Of a stretch of 64,000 nucleotides of DNA, positions 46,841-55,691 are shown in pieces. This DNA comes from a virus (taxonomy: Duplodnaviria > Heunggongvirae > Uroviricota > Caudoviricetes). The notes beneath the pieces were generated by a model, which saw only the letters and a program-made list of their open reading frames with translations, did no database searches and had not been told where the DNA came from. Where the stretch lies: IMG/VR virus record IMGVR_UViG_3300027301_000002; one strand, 5' to 3'. Position 1 is the stretch's first letter, and each line of letters starts with the position of its first letter. A program made the position numbers and the translations under genes.

Positions 46841-47878
46841 ATGGAAAAAGAAAAAATTAATTATAAAGGCCGCCGGGCGTTTCTGACGGGTACTAACGGA
46901 CAGGACGGAAGCTACCTGGTCGAATATTTACTGGATTTGGGTTATGAAGTTCACGGCATTATAAGAAGAAATTCAACTGTAGAATCACAACAAAGCAGAT
47001 TTAGTGAAGATGTCAGACATAAAGTTAATATTCATTACGGAGATTTACTAGATCAGGGTGGTTTAGAAAAATTATTGGATCAAATACAACCGGATGAGAT
47101 TTATAACCTTGCAGCCCAAAGCCATGTCAGGATTAGTTTTGACATTCCACAATTTACAATTCAAACAAACGCTATTGGTGTTCTTAATATTTTAGAAGCA
47201 TATAGACGTTCTTGCCCAAGTGCTAGATTTTATCAAGCGAGTTCGTCTGAAATGTTTGGAAATTCTGTAGATATAGATGGGTTTCAGAGAGAAACAACCC
47301 CCATGAATCCTGTTAGTCCTTATGGCTGTTCTAAAGTTTTTGGTTATAATATCGTCAGAAATTATCGCAACGCATATAAATTGCATGCGTGCAATGGAAT
47401 ATTATTTAACCACGAATCACCAAGAAGAGGGTCAAATTTTGTAACCAATAAAGTAGTCAAAACGGCAGTTGAAATAAAATTAGGATTAACTGATAATTTA
47501 GTATTGGGTAATATGGATTCTTATCGCGATTGGGGCCACTCAAAAGATTATGTAAAAGCAATGCACATGATAGTAAATCATGATATTCCAGATGATTTTG
47601 TTGTGTCAACAATGACAACACATTCAGTTAGAGAAATGGTTGAATATGTTTTTAAAAAATTAGATTTAGATTATACTAAATACGTGTCGCAAGATCAAAA
47701 ATTTTTAAGAGCAGAGGAATTAAAATACTTAAAAGGCGATTCTACAAAAATAAGAAAAACACTAGGATGGGAACCAGAATATAATTTCGAAACGCTCATG
47801 GATGATATGATAGGTGAGTGGACGGCTAAGTTAGAAAAAAACTATGAAAAAAATATATTCAAAAGTTGTGCCAGATAA
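46841..47878 (+). CDS. gmd: GDP-mannose 4,6-dehydratase
   Basis: TGTNGQDGSYL, YNLAAQSHV, YQASSSEMFG, SPYGCSK, NGILFNHESPRRG, RDWGH. Confidence 0.95.
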   Translation: MEKEKINYKGRRAFLTGTNGQDGSYLVEYLLDLGYEVHGIIRRNSTVESQQSRFSEDVRHKVNIHYGDLLDQGGLEKLLDQIQPDEIYNLAAQSHVRISFDIPQFTIQTNAIGVLNILEAYRRSCPSARFYQASSSEMFGNSVDIDGFQRETTPMNPVSPYGCSKVFGYNIVRNYRNAYKLHACNGILFNHESPRRGSNFVTNKVVKTAVEIKLGLTDNLVLGNMDSYRDWGHSKDYVKAMHMIVNHDIPDDFVVSTMTTHSVREMVEYVFKKLDLDYTKYVSQDQKFLRAEELKYLKGDSTKIRKTLGWEPEYNFETLMDDMIGEWTAKLEKNYEKNIFKSCAR

Positions 47879-48257
47879 ACTACTTCACATAATAAACAGA
47901 TTAAGTGAAATAGAATCAAGAACCGAAATAGTGCCGGAAAATAATTTTATTCAATGTGCATCATTAAATATGCCAAAAAATAAAACATTCCCCCCTCATA
48001 AACATATAACAAAAAAAAGAACCCATGAGAATCAGATAGCGCAGGAATCTTGGATTGTAATAAAGGGCAGTGTTAAGTGTTTTTTATATGATCTAGACGA
48101 TACTATCATCGCTGAGGAAGTTCTTCTACCAGGTGACGCAAGTTTCACTCTTTATGGAGGCCATACATATCTAATATTAGAAGACGATACAATAGTTTAC
48201 GAATATAAAACTGGCCCATACGAAGGCGCAAATTTAGATAAAGAATTTATATCTTAG
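47844..48257 (+). CDS. Cupin-fold sugar isomerase/epimerase (WbuC-like)
   Basis: PHKH, QESW, GGH, YEYKTGPY. Confidence 0.65.
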   Translation: MKKIYSKVVPDKLLHIINRLSEIESRTEIVPENNFIQCASLNMPKNKTFPPHKHITKKRTHENQIAQESWIVIKGSVKCFLYDLDDTIIAEEVLLPGDASFTLYGGHTYLILEDDTIVYEYKTGPYEGANLDKEFIS

Positions 48258-48260
48258 TTC

Positions 48261-48289
48261 TTGATTTTTTTAACATAGTGCTTTATAGT
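48261..48289 (+). promoter_or_regulatory. Sigma70-like promoter for gp46
   Basis: TTGATT-17 nt-TATAGT. Confidence 0.55.
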
Positions 48290-48297
48290 AATTCACA

Positions 48298-50109
48298 ATG
48301 AAGCGAGTTGTCTTAAAAAAATTAAAGATCAAAAATTTTCTAAGCATTGGAGATGAATGGGTCGAACTGGATATCAAACCAGGTCTAACTTTCATTACAG
48401 GATATAATCACGACAAAAATAGCTCAAACGGAGTCGGTAAATCTGCATTGTTTACCGACTCCTTTTTCTTTTCTCTTTATGGCAATACTCTCCGAAAGCT
48501 AAACAAAAAAGAAATAGCTAATAACATTACAGGCAAGCCCTGCAAATCAGTTATTACATTTGACGTATACGACAACCACAACAAGGATGAATATATTCTT
48601 ATGAGGCAGTTGTCGCCTTCAAAAATGCAGCTGTATAAAAACGGTATTGATATAACCCAAAATATCCGTGAGACTGACAACGTAATCGAGAACACCATAA
48701 ATGCTACTGCAGATGTATTCAAATACGCGGTTATTATGACGCTCAATGATTCTATCGGATTTATGAATCAGAATAAAAATGACCGCAGAAAATTCATTGA
48801 AAGCATATTGCATCTAGGTGTCTTTACTGACATGGCAAAGGTTCATTCAAAGATTATTTCCGAAACCAAGAAAGATTTTGAAGTAGCGTCGAGTAGATTA
48901 GATGACTCGAAAAAAACTCTTGCTCAGTATGAAGAGCAGGCACAAAAGAGCATTGAAAGAAGACAAAGCAAAGTCACAGAGTTACAGGAACGTATTCAAT
49001 CAAATGCAACAGAAATTGGTAGATTAACGGAAAAATTAAATTCAATCGTAATACCTGATGCAGAAAAGTTGGCAATCAATAAACAACTCATTGAGCAAAA
49101 ACAAGACGAACTTCGAAAAACTAAAGATGTTGTTTTGACTAATAAAACACGCATTAGCTTTGAAATAAAGATACACAAACAAAGGATATCACATATTAGC
49201 AATCACGGCCCTTCATGTGATAAATGTCTGCGTGTTTTTACCGAATCCGACATTAAAAACCAAGATGATGAAATTGAAAAATTAAAACAATCAATAGAAG
49301 AACATACGCTCCAAATAACAAAATGGACTAATGTGCATAATGAAATTGAATCAAGATTAATAAAATGTAGCGATGCATTGAATGAAATTAATCAAAAGCT
49401 GGTCTATGGAGAAACAAAGAAAAGCGAAAAATCAAGCATAGAGTCACGCATTAACCAACTAAGAAATTGGACAGCCACTATTGAAAGTGATTTGGCTAAT
49501 CTAAATCTAGAAGATGATGATTTTACGAAAATAATCAATACAGCAGTCAGCCATCTTAACACCATCGAAATTAAAGTCAAAGAAGAGGCAGATAAAATTG
49601 AAATTCTTGAAATAGTTAAGTTCTTATTATCTGAAGAAGGCATTAAGAAATTTATTGTCAAAAAAATTCTCAAGCTGCTTAATTCAAGACTTGCACATTA
49701 TCTAAAGGCATTAAACGCCCCATGTACATGCACATTTGATGATGTGTTCGAAGAGAAAATTAACAATGATAAAGGAATTGAATGTTCTTATGAATCGTTT
49801 TCTGGCGGCGAAAGAAAAAGAATCGATCTTGCAATGTTATTCACATTCCAAGACATTCGCCGGTTACAGTCTAATACAACTATTAACATTAGTGTGTATG
49901 ATGAATTAATTGATTCTGCTTTATCCAGCGAAGGTGTTACTAGTGTTCTAGATATGCTTAAAGAAAGATCGGTGAAGTACAGTGAAGCAATGTATATCAT
50001 CACACACCGAAAGGAAAATGCAACACTTATGAACGACGCCAATGTAATCTTTTTAGAGAAAAAAAATGGCATAACCGAATTGACATTGAGGGAAACTGCT
50101 ACTATTTAA
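48298..50109 (+). CDS. gp46: Recombination ATPase, Rad50/SbcC-like (T4 gp46)
   Basis: IKNFLSIG, NGVGKS, coiled coil with CDKC zinc hook, FSGGE signature, VYDE, ITH. Confidence 0.93.
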   Translation: MKRVVLKKLKIKNFLSIGDEWVELDIKPGLTFITGYNHDKNSSNGVGKSALFTDSFFFSLYGNTLRKLNKKEIANNITGKPCKSVITFDVYDNHNKDEYILMRQLSPSKMQLYKNGIDITQNIRETDNVIENTINATADVFKYAVIMTLNDSIGFMNQNKNDRRKFIESILHLGVFTDMAKVHSKIISETKKDFEVASSRLDDSKKTLAQYEEQAQKSIERRQSKVTELQERIQSNATEIGRLTEKLNSIVIPDAEKLAINKQLIEQKQDELRKTKDVVLTNKTRISFEIKIHKQRISHISNHGPSCDKCLRVFTESDIKNQDDEIEKLKQSIEEHTLQITKWTNVHNEIESRLIKCSDALNEINQKLVYGETKKSEKSSIESRINQLRNWTATIESDLANLNLEDDDFTKIINTAVSHLNTIEIKVKEEADKIEILEIVKFLLSEEGIKKFIVKKILKLLNSRLAHYLKALNAPCTCTFDDVFEEKINNDKGIECSYESFSGGERKRIDLAMLFTFQDIRRLQSNTTINISVYDELIDSALSSEGVTSVLDMLKERSVKYSEAMYIITHRKENATLMNDANVIFLEKKNGITELTLRETATI

Positions 50110-50121
50110 TTTCTAAATTAT

Positions 50122-51378
50122 ATGCATTTTAATACCCAGCCACATATTCATGGTAGTGTTTTCGGCAAGCCCGCATTTGGAAATTATAATCCAGAATTCT
50201 TCCGCCATAGGATGGATCAACAAACAGAGCAGTTGAGAAATTCTCAACAGGTTGTCAATACTACTGAACCTCCAGGTGCGGGCCTCAAGAGAGCTATTCA
50301 TTTCTATGCTGATTATGGTGGGTGTGGATTATGGAGAATGTCATGGCCAGAATTGCTAATGAATGGGTATAATAAAACAGTAGTCAATGGGTTGACACAA
50401 ATGAATACGGATCCCAATTTTTACAGACCAGTAAATGCTATCAAATTACAAAGACAAGCAACTAACGAACAACTCATGTTTGTTAAATTCTTGAAATCAA
50501 TGCAAAAAGAGTTTGGATTTAAATTGATCTACGAAGTGGATGATGTTGTATTCTCCGAAGATATCCCCCTATACAACACAAGCAGACCTGCATTTACAGA
50601 TCCCCAAATTAGAAGTAATATTATAGAAATTATTAATCTATGTGATGAAATGTGTGTAGTCTCTCCATACATGAGAGATTACTATAAGAAAAAATCAGGC
50701 AAGCAAGAAATCAACGTCATTCCAAACTATGCCCCTAAATTCTGGCTTCATGATTTTTATGACCCGATTAAGATTGACAAGAATTACGTCAAAAATAAAA
50801 AGAAACCAATAATCGGGTATATGGGATCTGGCACTCATTTTGACCCGGCTAATACTGCGAATCAACAAGATGACTTTGCACATGTTATTGAAGCAATTAT
50901 CAAAACGCGGAATAAGTTTCAGTGGGTATTTATGGGTGGCATTCCGATGAGATTGCTGCCCTTTGTAAATCGAAAAGAAATTATTCACGTGCCGTGGGTA
51001 AACATTTACGAAATGCCAAGAACATTTGGATCTCTTAATATCAATGCCGTAATCGCACCACTCGCACGTAATGAATTCAATCGTGCAAAATCGGATATCA
51101 AAATGCTTGAGGCTGGTGCATTAGGTATTCCCGGAGTATATCAAGACATGGAACCATACCAAGAGGCGCCGTTCAAATTCAAAACAGGCGATGAAATGAT
51201 TTCTAAATTAGAAACACTGCTTAAAGATAGAAATGAATACCTTAAGCAATCAGTGAAGGCGCGCAAATTTGCAGAGAAGAGATGGCTAGATGACCATCTT
51301 GATGAACATGTTGAGATGCTGTTCAAGATGCCAACCGAAAATAGACCAGCCATCGCTAATAATGGATTCAATGTATAA
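50122..51378 (+). CDS. GT-B fold (GT4-like) glycosyltransferase
   Basis: GCGLWRMSWP, YEVDD, VIPNY, IGYMGS.TH, IAPL..NEFNRAKSDIKMLEAG..GIP. Confidence 0.75.
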   Translation: MHFNTQPHIHGSVFGKPAFGNYNPEFFRHRMDQQTEQLRNSQQVVNTTEPPGAGLKRAIHFYADYGGCGLWRMSWPELLMNGYNKTVVNGLTQMNTDPNFYRPVNAIKLQRQATNEQLMFVKFLKSMQKEFGFKLIYEVDDVVFSEDIPLYNTSRPAFTDPQIRSNIIEIINLCDEMCVVSPYMRDYYKKKSGKQEINVIPNYAPKFWLHDFYDPIKIDKNYVKNKKKPIIGYMGSGTHFDPANTANQQDDFAHVIEAIIKTRNKFQWVFMGGIPMRLLPFVNRKEIIHVPWVNIYEMPRTFGSLNINAVIAPLARNEFNRAKSDIKMLEAGALGIPGVYQDMEPYQEAPFKFKTGDEMISKLETLLKDRNEYLKQSVKARKFAEKRWLDDHLDEHVEMLFKMPTENRPAIANNGFNV

Positions 51379-51383
51379 TTTGC

Positions 51384-51412
51384 TTGATTAATGAGCCACC
51401 ACATGTTATGAT
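51384..51412 (+). promoter_or_regulatory. Sigma70-like promoter for the polymerase N-fragment
   Basis: TTGATT-17 nt-TATGAT with TGn extension. Confidence 0.6.
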
Positions 51413-51417
51413 ATCTC

Positions 51418-51843
51418 ATGTGGAGAAATGTTTACTATGACAATAGCCGCAAGAAGATTTTCTTGTGGAGTTGGGATAAAAATGGCAAACGCAAAATGTA
51501 TGATTTTGAGTATGAGCCATTCTTGTATGTAGAGACAAACAGTGCTCAGTATGATGCAAAAAGTCTTTTCAATACCAACCTTAAAAAGATTGTATTCAAA
51601 AACGAATCAGCAAGAAATCAATATGTAAAGGATGCAGGCATTCGTCGTGTGTTCTATAACTTGAGAGCAGAGCAACAATTTTTACTTGATCTTTATCGCG
51701 ATAAAGAATTTGATTGGTCTCATTTGCCATTCAAAACATTTTATTTGGATATTGAAGTTTATACTGCAAAGTATAAAAATGATAAAAAAGTCAAAATACG
51801 CAAAAAGATAGACACACAAAAAACGCGGGGAAGCAATATCTAA
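51418..51843 (+). CDS. gp43: Family B DNA polymerase, N-terminal fragment (N-domain to Exo I)
   Basis: YEPFLYV, QQFLLDLY and Exo I YLDIEVY, followed by a basic tail and TAA. Confidence 0.85.
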   Translation: MWRNVYYDNSRKKIFLWSWDKNGKRKMYDFEYEPFLYVETNSAQYDAKSLFNTNLKKIVFKNESARNQYVKDAGIRRVFYNLRAEQQFLLDLYRDKEFDWSHLPFKTFYLDIEVYTAKYKNDKKVKIRKKIDTQKTRGSNI

Positions 51844-51988
51844 AGCAAAAAAAGGAGTCAAAACAAACCAAAAACAATTAACATCGTCAAGACTTAAAAA
51901 AATGTCAGACGAAGAATTTGAAATCTATTTATCGAAAATTAATCCATGCACAAGAAAACGCATGATACACTACCGAAACAATGAATGA
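51812..51988 (+). pseudogene. Start-less remnant resembling the C-terminal DNA-binding (NUMOD3-like) tail of a homing endonuclease
   Basis: 58 open codons in a third frame: THKKRGEAISKAKKGVK...LKKMSDEEFEIYLSK...RNNE*, whose TGA overlaps the ATG region of the polymerase C-fragment. Confidence 0.5.
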
Positions 51989-54338
51989 AGTAATTGAAAC
52001 AACATTGGGTGAAATCCGTGGAAATCCGCAACTACTTGAGCAATATGAAATCTGGGACGAAGAGACAAAGGAATGGACTTCATATCATAATTCATGCTAT
52101 ACTCATCAGTCAGAATTTCCAGAAGCAGACGAAGCAAAACATCCAATCAACGTAATCACAATTTATGATAACATATCTGAAAGCTTTTATAGTTGGGGTT
52201 TACATCCGTACGAAAAATCTGGCATCAACGCCGCGTTCGCATCGCAAGGAATTAAAGAGTTGGATGTTCAGAGAATCCATTATACCTATTGTAGAACCGA
52301 AACGGAGTTGCTCCAAAAATTTCTAGAGTTTTGGTCTAAAGATTATCCAGATGCAGTAACCGGATGGAATATTGAAGGGTTTGATATTCCATATATCATT
52401 AATCGGATTTCTTATGTTTTGGGAGAGGATGAAGCAAAGATGCTCTCTCCTGTGCGCAAGCTTTATGTTCGACAAGGAATTGCTACAAAGTTTGGCAGAG
52501 AAATTAATAAGTGGTATATTCGAGGAATGACTTGTCTTGATTATATGGACTTGTACAAGACCTTTAGTAGAGGAGAACAAGATTCATATTCTCTTAACAA
52601 CATTGCAGCAGCAGAGCTTGAAATTGGTAAATTGGCCCACAATGCGTCGGATTTGGCAGCGCTTGCTGAAAGCGATTGGAATTCATTTGTTCATTACAAT
52701 ATTCATGACGTAAACCTTGTCAGATTGTTGGACGAAAAATTGAATTATGTTACTATTGCGAGATTCTTAGCTTATAAAGGATTTACCAAAATCGAAGACT
52801 CATTGGGTAAAATTATGATAGTGACTGGTGCGATGTGCAAGGAAGCTAATCGCATGAATAAAATCATTCCGACATTCAATGCAGTTGCAACACAAGAGGA
52901 TTATGTTGGTGGATATGTCCGAGAACCGCAGCGTGGGTTGAATGAAGCAGTTGTATCATTTGACGCCAACTCCCTATATCCAAATACGATCATCACCCTG
53001 AATCTTTCACCGGAAACAAAAATCGGTAAAATCATTTACAGGGATGACACCGAATGCAAAGTAAGATTTATCAACAAAAAAGAACAAGTATTTACCATAG
53101 ACCAGCTTGAGGAATTTTGTACAAAAGGAAGGCTTGCATTATCACAAGCAGGTGTTTTGTATCGTCAAGATGTCAAAGGCATTTGTCCGACTTTTATTGA
53201 TTCACTTTATCAAGAACGGGTTGTTATCCAAAACCAAATTGAACAGCTTGAATCACAGCAAGTAACACCAGAAATTAAACATAAGATTAAGCATTTGGAT
53301 CAGATGCAGTACACAATCAAGATTTTCTTGAATTCTGCGTATGGTACTTATGCGAACAAATACAGTCCGTTCTATGATATTGATATGGCTGCAAGTATTA
53401 CGGAAACAGGGCAGGCGGTTATTAAACAAGCAGCATCGATTGTTAATAAATTCTTTGTCGAGGAAAATGGTTTGCCGGATAAGGATTATATCGTATATGG
53501 AGACACAGATTCGGTTTATTTAACTATTAAAGATTACCTCACAAAACATAATATTCCGATCTTAAAGGAAAACGGAGACGTTACAGAAGAATGCGTTGCA
53601 GCAACGGATACACTACAGTCATTCATCAATGATAAAATTAATCATTGGGCGCGCAATACATTACATTCAGTAGATCCGCGATACTTCTTCAAGAGAGAAT
53701 CAATTTGTGATGTTGGTCTTTTCTTGGAAAAGAAACGGTATATTCTTAGTGTGAGGTATGATGGCAAAAGAAACAAACACAAATACAAATATGTTGGTGT
53801 TGAAGTTCAGCGCAGTACATATTCAAATGCTGTTAAGAAGTTGATGAAGGATATCATTACGACCGCGTTTAAATCAAAAGATCGTGCGATTACTGACGCA
53901 AAGTATAGAGAGTGTTATGAGAGTTTCAAGACCTTACCAATTGATGATATTGCATTGCGTTCCTCTATTAAAGATTATGAGAAATATGCTTCACAGTCGA
54001 ACGGATTCAATATTGCATTGCATACTCCTATTCATGTCAAATCGGCGATTTATTTCAATACATTAATTAATACATTGAATTTGAAATCAAAATACATGCC
54101 AATCATTTCGGGCACAAAGATTCGGTATGTATACACAGCCCAAAACAAATACGGGCTCAAATGTATTGGATTTAATGACACAATCCCACCAGAGTTCGAC
54201 ATTAAAATCGACACAGAAAAAATGTTTGAGAAGCTAGTTGCACCTTGCATTGAAAGAGTGTATAGTTGTATCGGCTGGCAAATTCCAGACATGAGCAGAC
54301 AATATCAATGTGATTTTTTAGATCTTTTTGCCTTATGA
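51981..54338 (+). CDS. gp43: Family B DNA polymerase, C-terminal fragment (rest of exonuclease plus polymerase)
   Basis: EFP...HPINVIT, Exo II GWNIEGFDIPY, Exo III YNIHDV, Pol A FDANSLYP, Pol B KIFLNSAYG, Pol C YGDTDS. Confidence 0.95.
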   Translation: MNEVIETTLGEIRGNPQLLEQYEIWDEETKEWTSYHNSCYTHQSEFPEADEAKHPINVITIYDNISESFYSWGLHPYEKSGINAAFASQGIKELDVQRIHYTYCRTETELLQKFLEFWSKDYPDAVTGWNIEGFDIPYIINRISYVLGEDEAKMLSPVRKLYVRQGIATKFGREINKWYIRGMTCLDYMDLYKTFSRGEQDSYSLNNIAAAELEIGKLAHNASDLAALAESDWNSFVHYNIHDVNLVRLLDEKLNYVTIARFLAYKGFTKIEDSLGKIMIVTGAMCKEANRMNKIIPTFNAVATQEDYVGGYVREPQRGLNEAVVSFDANSLYPNTIITLNLSPETKIGKIIYRDDTECKVRFINKKEQVFTIDQLEEFCTKGRLALSQAGVLYRQDVKGICPTFIDSLYQERVVIQNQIEQLESQQVTPEIKHKIKHLDQMQYTIKIFLNSAYGTYANKYSPFYDIDMAASITETGQAVIKQAASIVNKFFVEENGLPDKDYIVYGDTDSVYLTIKDYLTKHNIPILKENGDVTEECVAATDTLQSFINDKINHWARNTLHSVDPRYFFKRESICDVGLFLEKKRYILSVRYDGKRNKHKYKYVGVEVQRSTYSNAVKKLMKDIITTAFKSKDRAITDAKYRECYESFKTLPIDDIALRSSIKDYEKYASQSNGFNIALHTPIHVKSAIYFNTLINTLNLKSKYMPIISGTKIRYVYTAQNKYGLKCIGFNDTIPPEFDIKIDTEKMFEKLVAPCIERVYSCIGWQIPDMSRQYQCDFLDLFAL

Positions 54339-55129
54339 AAATAGCACACGAAGCACCAATAGCAATATTAAAACAAGTACAGAAAGTAACGCACTATGAA
54401 TATGTTCTAGTTCATCTTTTAGATGAATCACAAGAATATAAAGACCATTTCTACAGCAAAAGCAAGATTCCAGTCAATCAGCTAATACTTGATAACAGTA
54501 TATTTGAACTAGGGCATGCTTTTGATTGGGATAAATATGCAGTACATGTGCAGGGATTGAATCCTACTAGGTACATCTTGCCAGATGTTCTGGGAGATAA
54601 AGAAGACAGTATTCATAATGCGAGGGTTTGGATGTCGACATATCATGACAAATTCAACAGGTCTCCACGTAATTTGTTACCAATGGCAGTTGTGCAAGGC
54701 CAATCAATGGATGAGCTGACCGAGTGTTATGTAGCATATTACAAAAATGGCATTAGAAATATCGCCATCGGATTCAATCATGATTTCTTTGTTAAAGATT
54801 CAGAGACTAGAGACTGGGATCAAGCAAATGGCAGAATTCAATTTGTGAAACATCTCAAAGAAACAGGAGTATGGAAATCGGATTGCTATCATCATTTGCT
54901 CGGATGTTCTTTGCCAATTGAATTGGGATATCGAGGATATAATGATATTAATTCTGTAGACACATCAAGCCCAATTCTACACGGATTGCTTGGTATTAAA
55001 TATGACGCATTGGGAATTTATCAGAAGAAGAAAATCAAAATGAATGATTTGATTCATAGCGAGGTTTCTGATGAACAACTGCAAATTATACTTGATAACA
55101 TAAAAACCTTTAGATATATTACTGAATGA
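54335..55129 (+). CDS. TGT/DpdA-like guanine transglycosylase (TIM barrel)
   Basis: ILDNSIFE, PDVLGD, AVVQG, IAIGF, HHLLG and SVDTSSP correspond to the two catalytic-Asp regions and the H/YLxG strand of TGT-fold enzymes; no C-terminal zinc site. Confidence 0.65.
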   Translation: MKIAHEAPIAILKQVQKVTHYEYVLVHLLDESQEYKDHFYSKSKIPVNQLILDNSIFELGHAFDWDKYAVHVQGLNPTRYILPDVLGDKEDSIHNARVWMSTYHDKFNRSPRNLLPMAVVQGQSMDELTECYVAYYKNGIRNIAIGFNHDFFVKDSETRDWDQANGRIQFVKHLKETGVWKSDCYHHLLGCSLPIELGYRGYNDINSVDTSSPILHGLLGIKYDALGIYQKKKIKMNDLIHSEVSDEQLQIILDNIKTFRYITE

Positions 55130-55689
55130 AAATTTGTATTAGCGGACCCCAATGTGCGGGTAAAAGTACTCTAATGCGCAAACTTAAAGAGTGCGGTAAT
55201 TTTGACCAGTATCATTTTATTGATGAGCCTGTAAGAAGGCTGGTGAAAGAAAAGAATATTAAAATCAATCAAGATTCGAATTATGAATCTCAGATGACTA
55301 TTCTTGAGGAGCATCATCGTAATATCTATAGACATCCGAAGTTCATCACCGACAGGGGTGCATTAGATGCGTTTACGTACGCTACGCATGATTATCTCAT
55401 TGGAAAATATTCATTCAAGGAATGGAAAACATTCTATGAAATTTATGCGGAGACTATGCATCAATATGATCATATTTTCGTATTACCACCTCTTGAAATG
55501 AAAGATGACGGATTTCGGTCATTGGATGTTCAATGGCAGGAGCAGATCTACAATCTAATGTCAGATATTGGCTATCGGTGGCTAGATATTACAAGCACTC
55601 TTTCTACGCCTATTTGGCAAGTTCCGCAAGGTAACCCCGATAGTTATGTTGAATATATTTTAGCTAAACTAGATCAGGAGCTCTGGTAA
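55126..55689 (+). CDS. P-loop nucleotide kinase (AAA_28 / dNMP kinase-like)
   Basis: ISGPQCAGKSTL, ITDRGALDAFTY, DDGFRS. Confidence 0.75.
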   Translation: MKICISGPQCAGKSTLMRKLKECGNFDQYHFIDEPVRRLVKEKNIKINQDSNYESQMTILEEHHRNIYRHPKFITDRGALDAFTYATHDYLIGKYSFKEWKTFYEIYAETMHQYDHIFVLPPLEMKDDGFRSLDVQWQEQIYNLMSDIGYRWLDITSTLSTPIWQVPQGNPDSYVEYILAKLDQELW

Positions 55690-55691
55690 CA

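Noticed and set aside
35483-48257. Host chromosome or eukaryotic giant-virus origin of the window, suggested by the glycan genes
   Set aside because: The block is flanked by gp47/gp46 and the window has gp55, gp32, sheath, tube and T4-type terminase genes; no Wzx/Wzy/ABC export genes or NCLDV markers are present.
51838-51983. T4 gene 60-style ribosomal bypass or single frameshift joining the polB halves
   Set aside because: The C-fragment frame is closed by TGA at 51963-51965 and has no codon matching the last N-fragment codon (ATC); no take-off hairpin is seen; joining would need two separate +1 shifts.
51760-52100. Functional canonical or split intein in polB
   Set aside because: No Cys/Ser at the position equivalent to intein residue 1, no TxxH block B or block F, and the whole insert is only about 55-60 residues; kept only as a possible fossil.
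51765-52112. Group I intron in polB
   Set aside because: The gap is very A-rich and I could not identify P/Q/R/S core elements or paired helices; not formally excluded without a covariance-model search.
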